DNA from: the human T2T-CHM13v2.0 reference genome, Homo sapiens
Direction: 5' to 3' (one strand)
Length of the DNA: 64,000 bases
Assembly (NCBI RefSeq): GCF_009914755.1
Contig: NC_060925.1
The notes under the pieces were generated by a model. That model had not been told where the DNA came from. It made no database searches and saw only the letters and a program-made list of their open reading frames with translations. This document shows, in pieces, positions 30,078-46,133 of the stretch. A program made the translations under genes and the position numbers. Each line of letters starts with the position of its first letter. The stretch's first letter is position 1.

Positions 30078-32484
30078 TCAATGGCTTCTTTTCTCCAGAC
30101 AAGAGGCACTGGTGTGCACCGTAATGCACTTTTGGGTTAATAACAAGTGCATTGTCCTTGCACAGGTACTTGAAACCTTGAAGACCTGGCCAGTGTCATT
30201 GACTTTGTTTATAAATCAGGGTGGATTTTCCAGATGTCAATAAAGAACTGACAAATGACTTAAATGCAAATCCTATGAAACTTTGCTGTATAAAAGAGCC
30301 TATAGAATTGCTGTTTGATGTTGGTTCTTTAATATTGAAGATCGCTTCATATTCTTATAATGAGATGAAATCCCAGGGAAGGTTAAAGGATGCAGCCAGC
30401 CCTGGCATTGGCCTACAACAGCTGGAGGTCTTTCAATCCTGTGAAACCTGCTAGGACAGGAGCTAGCTCAAGTGAAAACATTGTCCCTAAAGAAGAGTGA
30501 CAAGAAGAAATTTACTTGAAAATTACTAATGTAGCATTTTCACTGGGAATTGTAAATAATTGGAATGTTGTAGCTAAGCATAAGCATTAGGTTTTATTTC
30601 ATGATCCTCCTTCCCCCCAAGTCTCTCTATAATTTAGATTGCATCTGCTTAGGTGATGAGAGCAAAGTCTAACAAAATATGTTGTTACTGGTAGCGGTGT
30701 ATTCTTAGTACTTTGACAGACCACATGAAGGACTATAGCATTGCTTGCTTTTGAACTGTGTTACAGTAAAAACAGAGCGCAATTTCCTAAAATATACTTT
30801 TCTTTCGATAATATATATATATTTTTTTCAATAAAAGAAACGTCTGACCAGGTGCTGCCATAGAATGGGTGACTTGTCCATGTGTTCCATAAGCCCTATT
30901 TCCAATGGTGTCCTGAAAGCCTGCGTCTGTTAGGAGTTTTCTGCAGAACCAGGTATTTTAAGGACATCAACAGCACCATTCATTCTTTCCCCTGCCTCTT
31001 GGCAGTTGCAGCAACTCTGTGACAACACAGAACCCAACATTCTGCAAATGTATCCAAATCATCAACACAAGCAAACACTTGGGTTGTACTGGTCCTTAGG
31101 CTAAAAAGTTAAAGGGCCTATAGCTATTACTTTTACACTGCACTTAGTTTTGTTTGGTTGCAATACTTTTCAAAGTTCATACAACACAGGGTAGAGAATG
31201 TTTGCTAGTGTTTTTAAAGCATGTTTTAAAGGATGTTTATCCATTCCTATGGGTTAATCCATAGGATTTATGGATCAATCAACAATCCATAGCAATTATT
31301 GCAAATAGTAAATTTTTATAAAGTTTTATAAAGTTTTATAAACTTTTATAAAATATAAATGTTTAAAGAACTCCTAATATTATTAAATGGTAAAAAGAAA
31401 TAACATGACCCTGGAATAATAACTATGGCCGAACAGTTTTTACTGACACCAGAAAAACTTGTATAGTGGAGTATAGACTACTGTGTATTCAGTAGATATT
31501 ACATAATTTGATGGTGATTACATGCTGCTACTTAGTTTTTGAAAGACTTTTCAGTCTCAGAATAAATTGCCAAACTTCCCGGAGTATTTTAATTTCTATA
31601 ATTGTCAGGCAGGATTCCCTTTGCTTTAAATTGTTGCACTCTTATAAAAGACTTAATTAGCTAGTCACTAGCCTGGCCAAGTATTTGTTACAATATGACC
31701 ATTATCATAGTTATTTAATTACTATAAAGTGAAGAGTTTGACTGGGGTCTAGAATGTGCAAACCATGGTGCCTCATACATGGTCTTTATCCTGAATGTCT
31801 GATTTTATTTGTTCAATGAATAAATGCAGATTTGAAATTCTCTGCTGATATATGAAGCTATGACTTCTTGTTTAGACTTTTAAGTATAACAGATACTCTA
31901 TTGCAGTATGTTTTGTTTGATTTTATTGGATATTTGCTAATGGTGGTAGTGAGTTAGTGATAACGTAAACAAGGTTTTAAAAATCAATATTGAATTTTAT
32001 TTTCACTCCGAAGTGTACTCATGTACCAAAGAGCTAATAGAAGACTACTTGGAGCCAATTCAGTGGAAATTACTGTTTTAAACAAATATTTAAATTTGTC
32101 TAGAGAATATGTTACTCTTGACAGATTTTCTTTTATCTTTTCTAGTAGATCTTCTCAAGTTTTATCATATCTTGTGAGGGAATGTCTGTGTCTAGATAAT
32201 AGCTGATATGTTGTGAATGATATAAACAACTTTGTCCCTTTTCTAACAGGTAGCAACAGGTTGAAAGTTGTGCCAAGTTAGCAAGCTTTAAGCAACATTT
32301 ATGTTTTAAATAAATACTAGGCCCTGTAACTCCCTTCTGGATGCAAAATAAGTAGAAAATACTTTATATAAGTCTACCTATAGGCACCCCCCAGAGAACA
32401 ATACAAGGCAACTTTGAGTTACTGTGAAAATCGCCAGTGTTATGCGCATTTACAGAAGAGAGAAACATTGTGGAGAGCTGGAAC

Positions 32485-33060
32485 TCATTCAACACTGTTG
32501 GAATGCCCACCCTGTGCCAGTCACTTCTGGGCCTCAGGGACACTGGCAAGCCAGACATCAATGACAACAAATCTGCCATCATAGAGCTTAGTCTAACGGG
32601 GAAGATAGATGGCAGTCACGTAATAACAAATAGATTAGAAAATGCCATCAAGAAAATTAAGCATGGTAAGGGGTGGAGAGTGGTAGAGTGGAGGATGGGG
32701 GTGCTGTTTCACACAGGGGCTCTCCAGGGAAGGCACTCCGAGGAAGGACCACGAATTCGTCAAGCAAAGACCCAGGCAAAGGAAAGAGGAAGCAAAAATG
32801 AGCCTTCCATATTGGAGGCCTAAGGAGAAGGCTGGTGAAGAGAGGCATGCGTGGGGCAGGCCTGGCAGGCCTCCCTCTGCTGTGCACATGGAGGTTTCAC
32901 TTGGAGTGATGGTGCTGGCTTCTGTGAAGAACGGACTGCAGTGGGCTCAAGTGATGGCTTTCAAGGTTGTCTATATGAGAGGAGGCACCGACTCTGCCCA
33001 GAGTGGTAGCAATGGAAGCATTTTGCAGGGAGGTTACCAGGGGGCAGTGAAGATAAAATA
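32485..33060 (-). mobile_element. L2 fragment
   Basis: tcattcaacactgttggaatgcccaccctgtgccagtcacttctgggc...atagagcttagtcta. Confidence 0.6.
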
Positions 33061-33839
33061 CTGCAATATAAGAATTCCCAAGGATGGTTTGAAATATTAG
33101 AATTTTGTTTAAGAGTTTTATTTATCAAATTGCAGAAGTGCAAGATTGAAGTAAGATTATGTGGCATCATGTATGGTTTCCTTTTTCTTTTTCGATGTTG
33201 CTTATTGTGTTCTATTTTTTTTTTCTTAAGAGGAAATAAACTTTCCATGGGGAACTGAGCCACAAATTATGGTAGCTACTTACTTTTATACTTTTTATGT
33301 CAGTGATTAAGCATTTATTATCTCAATTTTTTTAGTCTTTTAGGAATAATTATTATCTATCTACAGTATTATTTACAACTACAATAGTTGTATTTATTAT
33401 GAAATGCCATTTGGAGCTCTTACTATGACAAACTGCAAAAGGAATATAAATTTTGTTTTAGCTTTTTTTCATTAGTACTGTGTAAATAAAAGAACTATCT
33501 GAGAAAATTATGGAAAATGTAATCTCCAGATAAGATGTTTAAATAGCTCATCAGAGTGATTTGGGGAAGCTACTAATTTCACTATTATCAGTTGTAAGAC
33601 ATAAGTTCCTTCTCTCTTCTGTTCTTATACTCAGGACATGTAGCTTCATGCTATAGCTGCTTCCTATTCCAGGAGGCACAGAGAAGTCAGTCCAGATGTC
33701 CCAATGGTAACTGAGATCTACATCTGCTTTTGAAACAAAGTTAGTGAAAGATTAGACTTTTAGAAGAATGGCAATCACAAAAGAGTCACCACATCTTCCC
33801 CCATCATTTTCATGTTTGCGTATTAAAAAGTAAGTAGCT

Positions 33840-33985
33840 GGCCAGGTGTAGTGGCTCATACCTATCTATCATCCTGGCACTTTGGGAGGCCAAGGTGGGA
33901 GGATCGCTTGAGCCCAGGAGTTTGAGACCAGCTTGGGGAACATGGTGAGACCCTGGACTACAAATATTAAAATTAAAAAAAAAAA
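33840..33985 (+). mobile_element. Alu left monomer (FLAM-like)
   Basis: ggccaggtgtagtggctca...gatcgcttgagcccaggagtttgagaccagc + A-rich tail. Confidence 0.88.
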
Positions 33986-34216
33986 TAGGCAATGTCTTAT
34001 TTTTTTGTAGTTGTGAGGGGTATAGCTAGTTAGTTCTGAATTATGCAAAGTATCCGTATTTGATCAGTTTTGTAATCATTATCAAGTATATCAAAGCAGG
34101 GTAAAGGAGACAGAGGAAAGTATTTATCTGCTCTACCCATTTAAGAAGGTCATTTGTAAGCCCTGCTTTTTCACACTAGCATTTAAGTGCTAAACCTACC
34201 AGAATAGTGCAGCTAA

Positions 34217-34541
<325 letters not shown>

Positions 34542-34680
34542 TTTTTTTTTTTTTTTTTTTTTAATACAAGGTCTTGCTGTGTAGCCCAGGCTGGTCTCAA
34601 ACTCCTGGAGTCAAGCCATCATCTTTCCTCCTCAGCCTCCCAAAGTGCTGGGATTACATGTAAGAGACACCACCTCTGGC
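34542..34680 (-). mobile_element. Alu monomer (FLAM-like)
   Basis: poly-T + caaggtcttgctgtgtagcccaggctggtctcaaactcctgg...gtgctgggattaca. Confidence 0.85.
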
Positions 34681-34699
34681 TCTATCTAGCATTGCCTTT

Positions 34700-34830
34700 A
34701 AAGTCAGTCAGATCTGGATTTGAATATCAGTGTCCTCATTTACTAGCTGTGTGACCTTGAGCAAGTTATATAACTTCATTGAGACTGATTGTCTTGATTT
34801 CTGATACTGTATTCGTTTCTTGGGAGATCT
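34700..34830 (+). mobile_element. MIR
   Basis: agtcagatctggatttgaat...tactagctgtgtgaccttgagcaagtta. Confidence 0.75.
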
Positions 34831-35328
34831 GTCAGAAGTCCTGTAGGGAAAATCTGTTTAATGTTTCTTAACCCATTAAAGCCAATTAGGTAAATACTGG
34901 CATAAAAACATATGGCTTTTTCAGGGAACAATGAGTAGTTAGGTGTAACTAGAATGAAAAGTGGAGAAAGGGTTTTTTTGGGGGGGAAGGAAACAGGCAT
35001 TTCGCATGTGGTCAGGCAGTGAGTGCCATGGATGCCATACTAAGATGTGTGGACTATTTAAGAGGCAAGGGAGAGCCATTGATGGTTATTGAGGAGTAGT
35101 GTAGTATGATCTGCTGCAAGAAAACACATCTACAGAGAGAGAAACATAAGCTTGCGGTCATTGCTTTATGACTGTACTATCATAGATTGTCAGAATGGCA
35201 ATAATAAAAACTAAAATAACTTACTTAGACATTGGTTTGACCACATTGTTTATCATTTACAATTCAAGCCTAGTTTTTAGCATCACAATTTGTTTACTGA
35301 ATTAATTTAGACTACATTTTCTCTCTGA

Positions 35329-35403
35329 TTTCTTTCTTTCTTTTTTTTTTTTATTATACTTTAAGTTCTAGGGTACATGTGCACAATGTGCAGGTTTGTT
35401 ACA
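35329..35403 (-). mobile_element. L1PA 3'-terminal fragment (~75 bp)
   Basis: poly-T + attatactttaagttctagggtacatgtgcacaatgtgcaggtttgttaca. Confidence 0.9.
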
Positions 35404-35743
35404 TTTCTAACTACTTCCAAAATTGGAAAATATTCTCTAGCTTTACCGTGTCAGGCTGATGATCTTAACTCCAAATGTTAATGACTGTCCCCAAACTCTC
35501 TGAGGCTCCCCAAACCCTCTGAGGCAATCCAGGGCTCCCGAAAAATAGAAGCACCCCAATGAAGGAATTTTAATGGGCAGAGGGTTTTGTGGGGGACCTG
35601 GGAGAGCTGTGATGGCTTTATTTTGGAGCCTGAAACTTAAATTTGTACAGTTGACCCCTTGGCAGTGTGAATTTAGTTTTTAAAATTCATCTTCTCCAAA
35701 TATTGCTTCACGTTGAGTGCTTTTAACTAAATAATAGTATTAA

Positions 35744-35782
35744 TAATTGCAAAACCACGATTACTTGTACACCAACCTAATA
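35744..35782. mobile_element. MADE1 (Hsmar1 MITE) half element
   Basis: gcaaaaccacgattacttgtacaccaacctaata resembles one MADE1 terminal inverted repeat plus TA. Confidence 0.65.
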
Positions 35783-36047
35783 GTAACAAGATGAGTTTTT
35801 AACATTTATTTAGGGCATATTAGATGCCGAGCACTACTCACAATTTATCCTCATTTATTTGTCACTACAACCTTTTGAGGTGGCGCTCTAATTATCCCCA
35901 ATTTACAGGTAAAAAAAAAACTGAACTCAATGATTAACTGACTTGATCAAAGTCATTCAACCCATCAGAGGGGAGTGCTAAGAATTAAATCTGGGACCTC
36001 TGATCCTGGAACTTGTGTTTTATTGTCTCCGTATATTGCCTGGATTA

Positions 36048-36392
36048 ACAGTTCTCAAATATTTGCTTTCAGGACTCCCAAAGAGCTTTGGTTTATAGCA
36101 ATTAATATTTATCATATTAGAAATTTAAAATGATACATTTTAAAAATGTTTAATAATATGAATATAACAATAGACCCCATTACATCTTAACGTAGCATTT
36201 GTAATGGGAAAACCCCCATATTTTCCCAAACAAATTTAATGAGGATGGTGGCATTTATTTGCACTTGTAGAGTTCACTTTAATGCCAGACTTTGGGAGAA
36301 GACAGATGGATGTTCATATCTGCTTCTGCATTCACACTGTCACCATCTTAGGGAACCCCAGGGATCCCTAGACTATACTTTGAGAACCTCTA
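36048..36392 (-). mobile_element. Charlie1-family internally deleted hAT element
   Basis: cagttctcaaa...caggactccc...agaagacagatggatgttcatatctgcttctgcattca...actatactttgagaacc. Confidence 0.65.
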
Positions 36393-36635
36393 GGCTAAAT
36401 GATTAGTTCTGTTGATCCAGAATGACACTCTTTAGCAGTAGTTCCCACACCTATTGTGGCGTCAGAATCTCTCTGAGAACTTTTTAAAAATAACATGTTC
36501 TGCCTCATTTTTGGATATTCTGCTTCAGTGAACCTTAGGAATAAGCGATGCATTTTTTCCCTAATATTTTATTTGGAAAATCTTGGAATATATAGAACTG
36601 ACATAGTTTTAAGTGAAAATTAAAATTTTACTTAA

Positions 36636-36957
36636 GGCTGCGTATGGTGGCTCACACCTGTAATTCCAGTACTTTGGGAGGCTGAGGTGGGTGGATCACT
36701 TGAGGTCAGGAGTTCAAGATCAGCCTGGCCAACATGGTGAAACCCTGTCTCTACTAAAAATACAGAAATTAGCCGGACGTGGTGGTGGGTGCCTGTAATC
36801 TCAGCTACTTGGGAGGCTGAGGCAGGAGAATTGCTTGAATCAAGGAGGTGGAGGTTGTAGTGAGCTGAAATTGTGCCACTGCACTCCAGCCTGGGTAACA
36901 GAGCCAGATGCCGTCAAATAAATAAATAAATAAATAAAATAAAATAAAATAAAAAAA
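36636..36957 (+). mobile_element. AluS with (AAAT)n tail
   Basis: Full dimer. Confidence 0.95.
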
Positions 36958-37484
36958 TCCCTTAAAATTATTCACTTACAAAAATTATTTCACTTATAAT
37001 CCCACTGCCTAGATTCTACCATTAACATTTCACTAATGTGCTTTAACATAGATTTAACCCATATGCATTCATTAGTCTATCTTACTTTATGAGGAAACAA
37101 TAATTTTTCTTTGAAGATTCCAGATGATTCAGCAAATATAGATATACAGCAAAGTTTGAAAGCTACAGTTCTGAGGACCAGATTTATGGATTCCTTCTTA
37201 TATGTTATCTGGGTTGATATAGAAATTCTTCCATGGCTACAGACTATATCCAAATCAAGTAACTGTCTGCTGATAAATGTATGGTAAGTCATAGCAGGAG
37301 CCAGGTGACAGTATGCCTGATGTATTCTGGCGTATGACTCTGGGAAAAGGAACATCTCAGAGCGTTTGTTCCTTTCACATTGGAGGACAAATGGTGTTAT
37401 TTGTGGTAGTAGGTTTGAGCTCTGTCTGACTCCACTAGCTTTTTGAATAGGGTGACGTGAGGATTAAGTGAGACAGTGTATGTC

Positions 37485-37706
37485 TGGGGTCGGCAAATTT
37501 CTCCTGTATAGGGCCGGATAGTAAATCTTTTTGGTTTTGCAGCCCATATGGTCTCTGTTTGCAACTATGTAATTCTGCTGTTGTAGCCAAAAAAAATCCT
37601 TGACAATATGTAAACAAATGAATGTGGCAGTGTTCCAATAAAACTTTATTTACAAAAGTGGCATTGTGCTGGATTTAGCCTGTGGGCTCTAGTTTGCCAA
37701 TTCCTC
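37485..37706 (+). mobile_element. MER58A (hAT-Charlie MITE)
   Basis: ggggtcggcaaatttctcctgtatagggccggatagtaaat...gttccaataaaactttatttacaaaa...tagtttgccaattcct. Confidence 0.85.
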
Positions 37707-38679
37707 ATATATGTCAAAGAATTTAGTAAACTGTAAGACAAAATTTAAATGCAAGCTGTTGACTATATTCATTTTAATATTTTACTTAGAAACACTTCTA
37801 AGTGTTTTACATTTAAAATATTTGTGCTTTAAATATTTCCTAATGTTGTGTGTGTGTGAACTCATTGATACCTAAACATTTTCTACAACTCTTTACAGCC
37901 TAATAACGTTACTATTTTTATTCTTTCTGCAAAATCAGGTGTCACTTAATCAGGTATTTGTTCATCTTGGTTGGAGGTGAGGGTCTTTTTAATTTGGCTA
38001 ACTTGGGTGATTCCAGGCAGCCTGCAGTATGAGGAAACAGTTCTGAGCCTTGTTCCCTGCAGGTGTGCTGAGATCTGTACACTTTGGCAGGCCTGCTGGT
38101 GACTTGGGTTGATAAGTTGGGTCAAGGTGGAGGCATAAAGTATTAAATTGCTCTTGTAACTGTTTCACTACCACGGTTCATTACTAGTTTGTGCATTTTT
38201 TAAGCTATTGGAAAAAGAGCAAATCACATTCCATTTCGGGAAGTATCTTGATGGCATATAGGATGTTTGAATTGTTACTTCTGAAGATTTGGCTTCACGT
38301 GATTTTAAGTGGTTTATTTTGTTTCAGATTTTCTGCAAATAATGCATCTGGTTGTATTAAATATGTTATGTTCTTGCTAATATATTAATGTAGAATATTA
38401 TGAAAGATTTCTGCCTCAGTATGCTTTATTATGTACCTTGACTATTAAAATACTAACATGATAGAAATTTAGAGCTAGACTTTACATACAATGAAATGTA
38501 AGTGATTTTCTCATTAAAACTGAGTATACTACATGTCCATGTAAAGGCTTGTCCCATGAAAGATGGATTTTATTTCAGTATATGAGCAATGTGAAGTTCT
38601 GTTTTAGCTTATCACATCTGTTTTTTCTTTACAGAAGCCTGTCTTCTTGTATTTGGTATGCTAGCTCTTTCATTTATAC

Positions 38680-39530
38680 AACAGTTACTTGTTGATCATA
38701 TATTATATGCGGAACTCTCCTAGGCGCTTGGTATTGTGTAGTGAACAAAGCAGACACAAATTCCTCCCTTAAGGATCTTGTATTCTAGTGAGTGAGACAG
38801 ACATTAAGCAAAATAAATAATGTGTAGTATCTTGGAGAGTGGTAAGTGCTTAGTATAAAAACTAAAGTTGCAAAGGAGGATGGAAATGTTGAAGTGAGCA
38901 GTCAAAGATTGTGTGTCTAAGCAAAGTCTTGCAGAAAAGATGGATTTTCAGCAGTATCTAAGTAAGTGAGGAAATGGGTCATCTGGGAAAGAACATGCTT
39001 GTTACAGAGAACAGAAATTGCAAGATTTCTAAAACAAGAGGCCAGTGTGCTGGGAGAAAAGTGAAGGTGGGCAGAACAGCAGCACATGAGGGAGAAGCAG
39101 GGATCCCTCAGACTATGCAGTCTTGGGGGCCCTACAGGGTCTTTGACTTTTACTACGACGCAAGAGACTTTTGAACAGAGGAGAGCTGTGGTCTGATTTA
39201 CATATTAACAGGACTATACTGGCAGCAGTTTTGAAATTTGATGAAGGGGAACCAGGTTGGAAATATGAATGTGAGAGTCATCAGCATGAAAAGGTATGTA
39301 AAGCCCTGAGATTGGCTGAGATTATCTAGGGAGTGAGTGTAAATAAGAAAAAACTAGACAGAGGTCCACGGACTGAGTCCTCGTAGTCTCCAGTCTTTAG
39401 AGGTCAGGGAGACAGGGAGGACCCAAGAATAGCTAGAAGTAAAGGGTAAAATCAGGAGTGTGGAGACCAGTGAAGAAAGTATTTCAGGGAAGAATGATCA
39501 ACCGTATCAAATGCCACTGATAGATGAATA
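38680..39530 (-). mobile_element. L2 fragments
   Basis: ctaggcgcttggtattgtgtagtgaacaaagcagacacaaa...gagagtcatcagcat...ggactgagtcc. Boundaries approximate. Confidence 0.65.
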
Positions 39531-39572
39531 TTCAAATAACTGTTTTGCTACAATTATTTTTAAAACAATCAT

Positions 39573-39615
39573 TTCTTCTTCTTCTTCTTCTTCTTCTTCT
39601 TCTTCTTCTTCTTCT

Positions 39616-39678
<63 letters not shown>

Positions 39679-39858
39679 TCTTCTTCCTCTTCTTCTTCTT
39701 CCTCTTCTTCTCCCTCTTCTCCCTCTTCTCCTTCTCCTCCTTCTCCTTCTTCTCCTTCTTCTCCTCCTTCTCCTCCTCCTCCTCCTCCTTCTCCTCCTCC
39801 TTCTCCTCCTCCTTCTCCTCCTCCTTCTCCTCCTCCTTCTCCTTCTTCTTCTTCTTCT
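39573..39858 (+). repeat. Compound trinucleotide repeat: (TTC)22 followed by mixed TTC/CTC/TCC units
   Basis: Directly visible; pure pyrimidine on the + strand; abuts the poly-T of an antisense Alu. Confidence 0.98.
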
Positions 39859-40170
<312 letters not shown>

Positions 40171-43100
40171 TAATGTCCAGATCCTAATACATTTTTAGGA
40201 GGGTAGAGGTGAATCGATTTTCTGTAATTAGCAGCTGACTTAACATGAAAGAAAAAGCTTATAATAATTCATCTTCTTCATATTCATTCTTCCCTAAGAG
40301 TATTCATTATTAATTTCCTCATTCATTCAGCAAACACTTGAGCCTGTTAAAATGCCAGTTGCTGTGCAGTATTAAAAAAAAAGATTAATTAGGCACAAGT
40401 TCTATCCTCAAGCTGCTTACAATTTAATAAGATGAAATTGTAATAAGGAAGATAAGGCAGGATTTAAGTGTAACGGGCAAGGTACAGTCTAAGTGTATTA
40501 GAATGCAGAGAAGTAGCTGAGGTTAGGCAAAAGGCAATGGGGAGATGTTGCTTATAGACTCATCTAACATTGGAGCAGGAAGTGTCCAGATTCCAAAGGC
40601 CAGTGGACTTGTAAGTGGCTTCACAGTTAATGCCATGGCAGCCTGGACTAAGAGCTCAGTGCTGGTGCCCTGATTGAGTGGGAGGTCCAGTAGGAAGTGT
40701 GAGTTTTATAGAGGGCGGAAGAGGAAGGCATTCCATTCTGTAAGGAGGCACAGGGCAGTGGGGAGACAGAAAAAGGCAATGCTGTAGATTTTAGAAATGG
40801 CACACAGAATTGTTAGAATATAGGGTTCATTCAGGAGAGTACAAAAGAGAGCTGGAAGGATCATTTAGAATGAGATTGAGAAGGGACGGAGGCCAAAATG
40901 AAAGTGTGGGCTTTACTCCCTAGGCTGGATAGTGAGTGGGGTATGTGTCCGGGGTGGGAGTCAGGGGAAGGGGGAGGCAGATGGTGCTAGGGGTGAAGGG
41001 GAACTGGTGCCACTAGGAAATGGGTGAAAAGAAATATGAGAAACATTCTATGCTATGTGATAAATTGAGAAAGTTATCATTCATTCCATATAAATTGTGG
41101 ATTGTCCTCAAAGTTGAAATTTATAAAGTTTCATGAAGTTTTTTGTTAATATATTCTTTCACATTATTGCTTTTCTCAACTTGTTTTCTTGCTTATGACT
41201 TTTTTTGGATAATACATTTCCAGTTAAAGATTAATCGAAACTCATTTGACTCATTAAATAATTTGGACACAGTGATCCCATCAATGTTGAGAACATGATG
41301 TACATAATAATTGCTTTTTTAAAAATATACATTATATACTATAATTCTGAAAATACCAATGTGAAACTTCAAAGGAGCTGAAAAAATTCTGTGCCTCATG
41401 GTTGAATAAGTAGGCTAAGTACAAGGTTGTAGAGGCCAATTGTTAAAGAATGGGGCTAACGAGGGTCAAAAATCTTTACTGAAGTCACAGGAAAGGGTGC
41501 TCAAACAGTTGTTGCTAGGATACTCACAAGAATTTACCATTTCTGTGGCCAAAAAGGTTAGTTTGCCTGGTTTGTACATTAAAATCAGTGGTGACCAGCT
41601 AGTGCACTGTGGTTCTTCCTGCGTGAATGACAGGAAGCGGAAGTTGGCTGCCAACCATGTGTCTTTAGGCTGAAACCTGGCAGTGTGCCCCATTATATTA
41701 CCTGTTGTGAGATGGGCTATTTTTGGTTTCAGTCACTTTGTCCAAAAGATATGGAATTCCAGGAATTCTGCTGAACACCTCTGAGATGGAATCCAAAACA
41801 ATGGGCTTTTCATGGTACCCTAAAGGGTTGACATTTGGAGTGTGATTTGAACTTGTTTTCCGTGAGCCTGCAGTGTGGAGGTGCCTGGCTCCTATGGAAA
41901 CTCTGGACCTGGGGAATGGGGGCTGGTGTTCTGAAACTGTCAGAACCAAGTCTGCTAATATCATACGCTGCCATCCGTTTATTTGGGAATGAAGTTTGTT
42001 AGTGTTTGGTTTTTAGTTCTCACTTTTGACTCTGTTTTTATTATTTAGAGCAGACTTTCTTTGACCTTTGCATCGCAAGGGCTGCCAGCCCTTACTTGGG
42101 GTCTGGGTGTGGATAAGGAGGCAAGGAAGTGTTTTGAGGCCTATTTTCATCAGTCGTTTCTCATGTCTGCCTGCCTGGAGGTTTGTAAGAATGAGGAGAT
42201 AATGTGTATAAAAGTGCTTTGAGAAACAAAGTTTTATAGAACTGCAAGCCATTTTGATCATTAATTTGGGGTCTTTTGGTGATAGGAACAATTATTGTTT
42301 AAAGGTGAAATTAATGGTATTTCTAGAAGGAAAACATAATGCAGCTGATGAAAAAAAAAAGCTAATTAATTCCCCTGTATTTTGTTGTTGTTGTTGTTTC
42401 AGCTTTCTGTGGTTTCAGTATGTAGGGTTTAAAGGATTGGGGATCTAAATCTCTTTTTCTGTAGGTATTTATTTTTCTTTATATTCATAGGGAATAAGGA
42501 CTGAGAAATAAATATACCTTTAACTGATGTGGATGGAACATTCAAAAATTAATCTCACAGAATGAGATTTCTGGTTGCTTTGCCCTCTTCTTATAACCAA
42601 TAGCTTCTGAGCAGAACAGAAAAGGGCTGGGGATGAGCTCCAGCTCTGTGTTTCAGCCCTTTGATCTTGGATAACATTTCTAGGCTCTGAGCTGGAGATT
42701 ATATTCCTGCCTGGTAGACTAGTGTCACAATCAAATGAAATATTAAATGTGTGGAAACAACTCTGCATAGCAGAGGGTTGGTAAATGGTGGGCAATATTC
42801 TTATTATTTGAATTGGTGATAAGTATCATTAACAAAAGATATTCCATTGAACATTGTGATGTACAAGGAACTATGTTAGGCGATATGGAGGATTCGCAGA
42901 ATGCTATAAAATACATTTCCTGCGATTAAAGTAGCTTGTACATAGCTTTGTTAGAGAAGTCTTAGGTAAAAAGATAACTGACAAAATAATGTCATATGTG
43001 AGTAGCAAATGATAGGGAAGATAAAATCATTCACAATTTTGTGGAATGCTTAGGGGGTTTTTCTAAGGAAGCTGGTCCTTGAAAATTGGGACAGTATAGA

Positions 43101-43684
43101 TGGATAGGAAGAATGAAAGGTTATTTCAAATGGAAGTGGGTCTCTGATTTCCTTCCTCCCTGCCTCTCTCACCCTCCTTTTCTCCATCCCTCCCCATGTA
43201 GTATAGCATTAAGAGTAAGAATGGTAGCATGTTGGCCTTACTGTTTAGCCACTGTGTAACCATGGACATATAGCCATCCTAAATCGGATTCTTCATATCT
43301 ATAATGGAAATAAGAATAGAAGAGATGGTTCTTGCTCTCTAAATTTCAGTTACAAGATGACACGGGGAAAAAAGTTGTAACCCAACAGTATTTATTCAGT
43401 ATCAATTACTTACCTAATAAGCCCCTACTCAAATAACCCTCCACATTTAAACCTAGTGTTGGTTTCCTCCAATTGGGTTCCCTCCAATTGCATTAGCTCC
43501 TATGACTGCCTGATATTATAAATGTTTGACAATGTAATACAATCAAAATGCACATCCATTGTGAAATCTCAAGCCTTGAAAAAGAGGCAGGATTTCCTGA
43601 AGTTCATGAAATTGATTTTGAAGGCTTGCTAAAAACACTTTCAAACCCATTAATAAAAGTGTGTGTGTGTGAAATTCTTATAGA

Positions 43685-44230
43685 GTAATTACCATGTCTC
43701 AGCCACTGTTCTGAGCACTTCACATGTATTCATTTACTCCTCCCTACAATCTTATGATGTAGGTACTATGGTAATTCACAAGACAAGCAAGGAAGCAGAA
43801 GCACATGGGATCCAAACCAGGCGGGTTGGCCCTAGACTGCATGCATTTCCTCACCACTCTACACTGCCTCTATTTAGATCAGTTAATAATTGACCAATGG
43901 CAGGAAATCAAAAGGGAGGAGAATGGGCACCTGAGTAGAGAGAGATTTCCAAAGGATAAATAAAGATTTTGTGAAAAATTAGTAAAAGCTGTCAACTAAA
44001 TGAGTACATAGTGGTTAGGACCATAGGCTCTGGAGTCAGACTGCTTGAGCTTCACTGCTCCTTAGCTCTGTGACCCTGGACAAATTACTGAACATCTCTG
44101 TTCCTCAGTGTCTTTATGTATGAAGTGGAGATAATAGTATCTACCTATAGCATTGTCGTATGGGTTATGTAATTAAAATACCTACAACCTCACCTGACAG
44201 GTAGAATATACTCAGGAGTGTTAGTTTTTA
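43685..44230. mobile_element. Two MIR fragments (minus ~43685-43870; plus ~44005-44230)
   Basis: ctcctccctacaatcttatgatgtaggtact; ggctctggagtcagactgc...tagctctgtgaccctggacaaattactgaacatctctg. Confidence 0.7.
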
Positions 44231-44478
44231 CTAAAACTAACATTTGAAAAAAATGACCCTCTTTATGATTATGTTCTGCAAACCAGATACCCTCTCCTCT
44301 TTCTATAGAAGGGATTAGCTAGAGGAGAGGGTGGCAGCCTCCAGCTGCATTAGAGCCTCGTGGACAACCTAGGGAACATTTCTGCATGGTTCTAGGCAGA
44401 GGCAGATCAGCCAAAGGGAGAGGAGCTGAAGGTGCTTGGAAGGGCCAGGTAGGAGGGTGCAGGTGAGGAGTGAATGAA

Positions 44479-46133
<1,655 letters not shown>

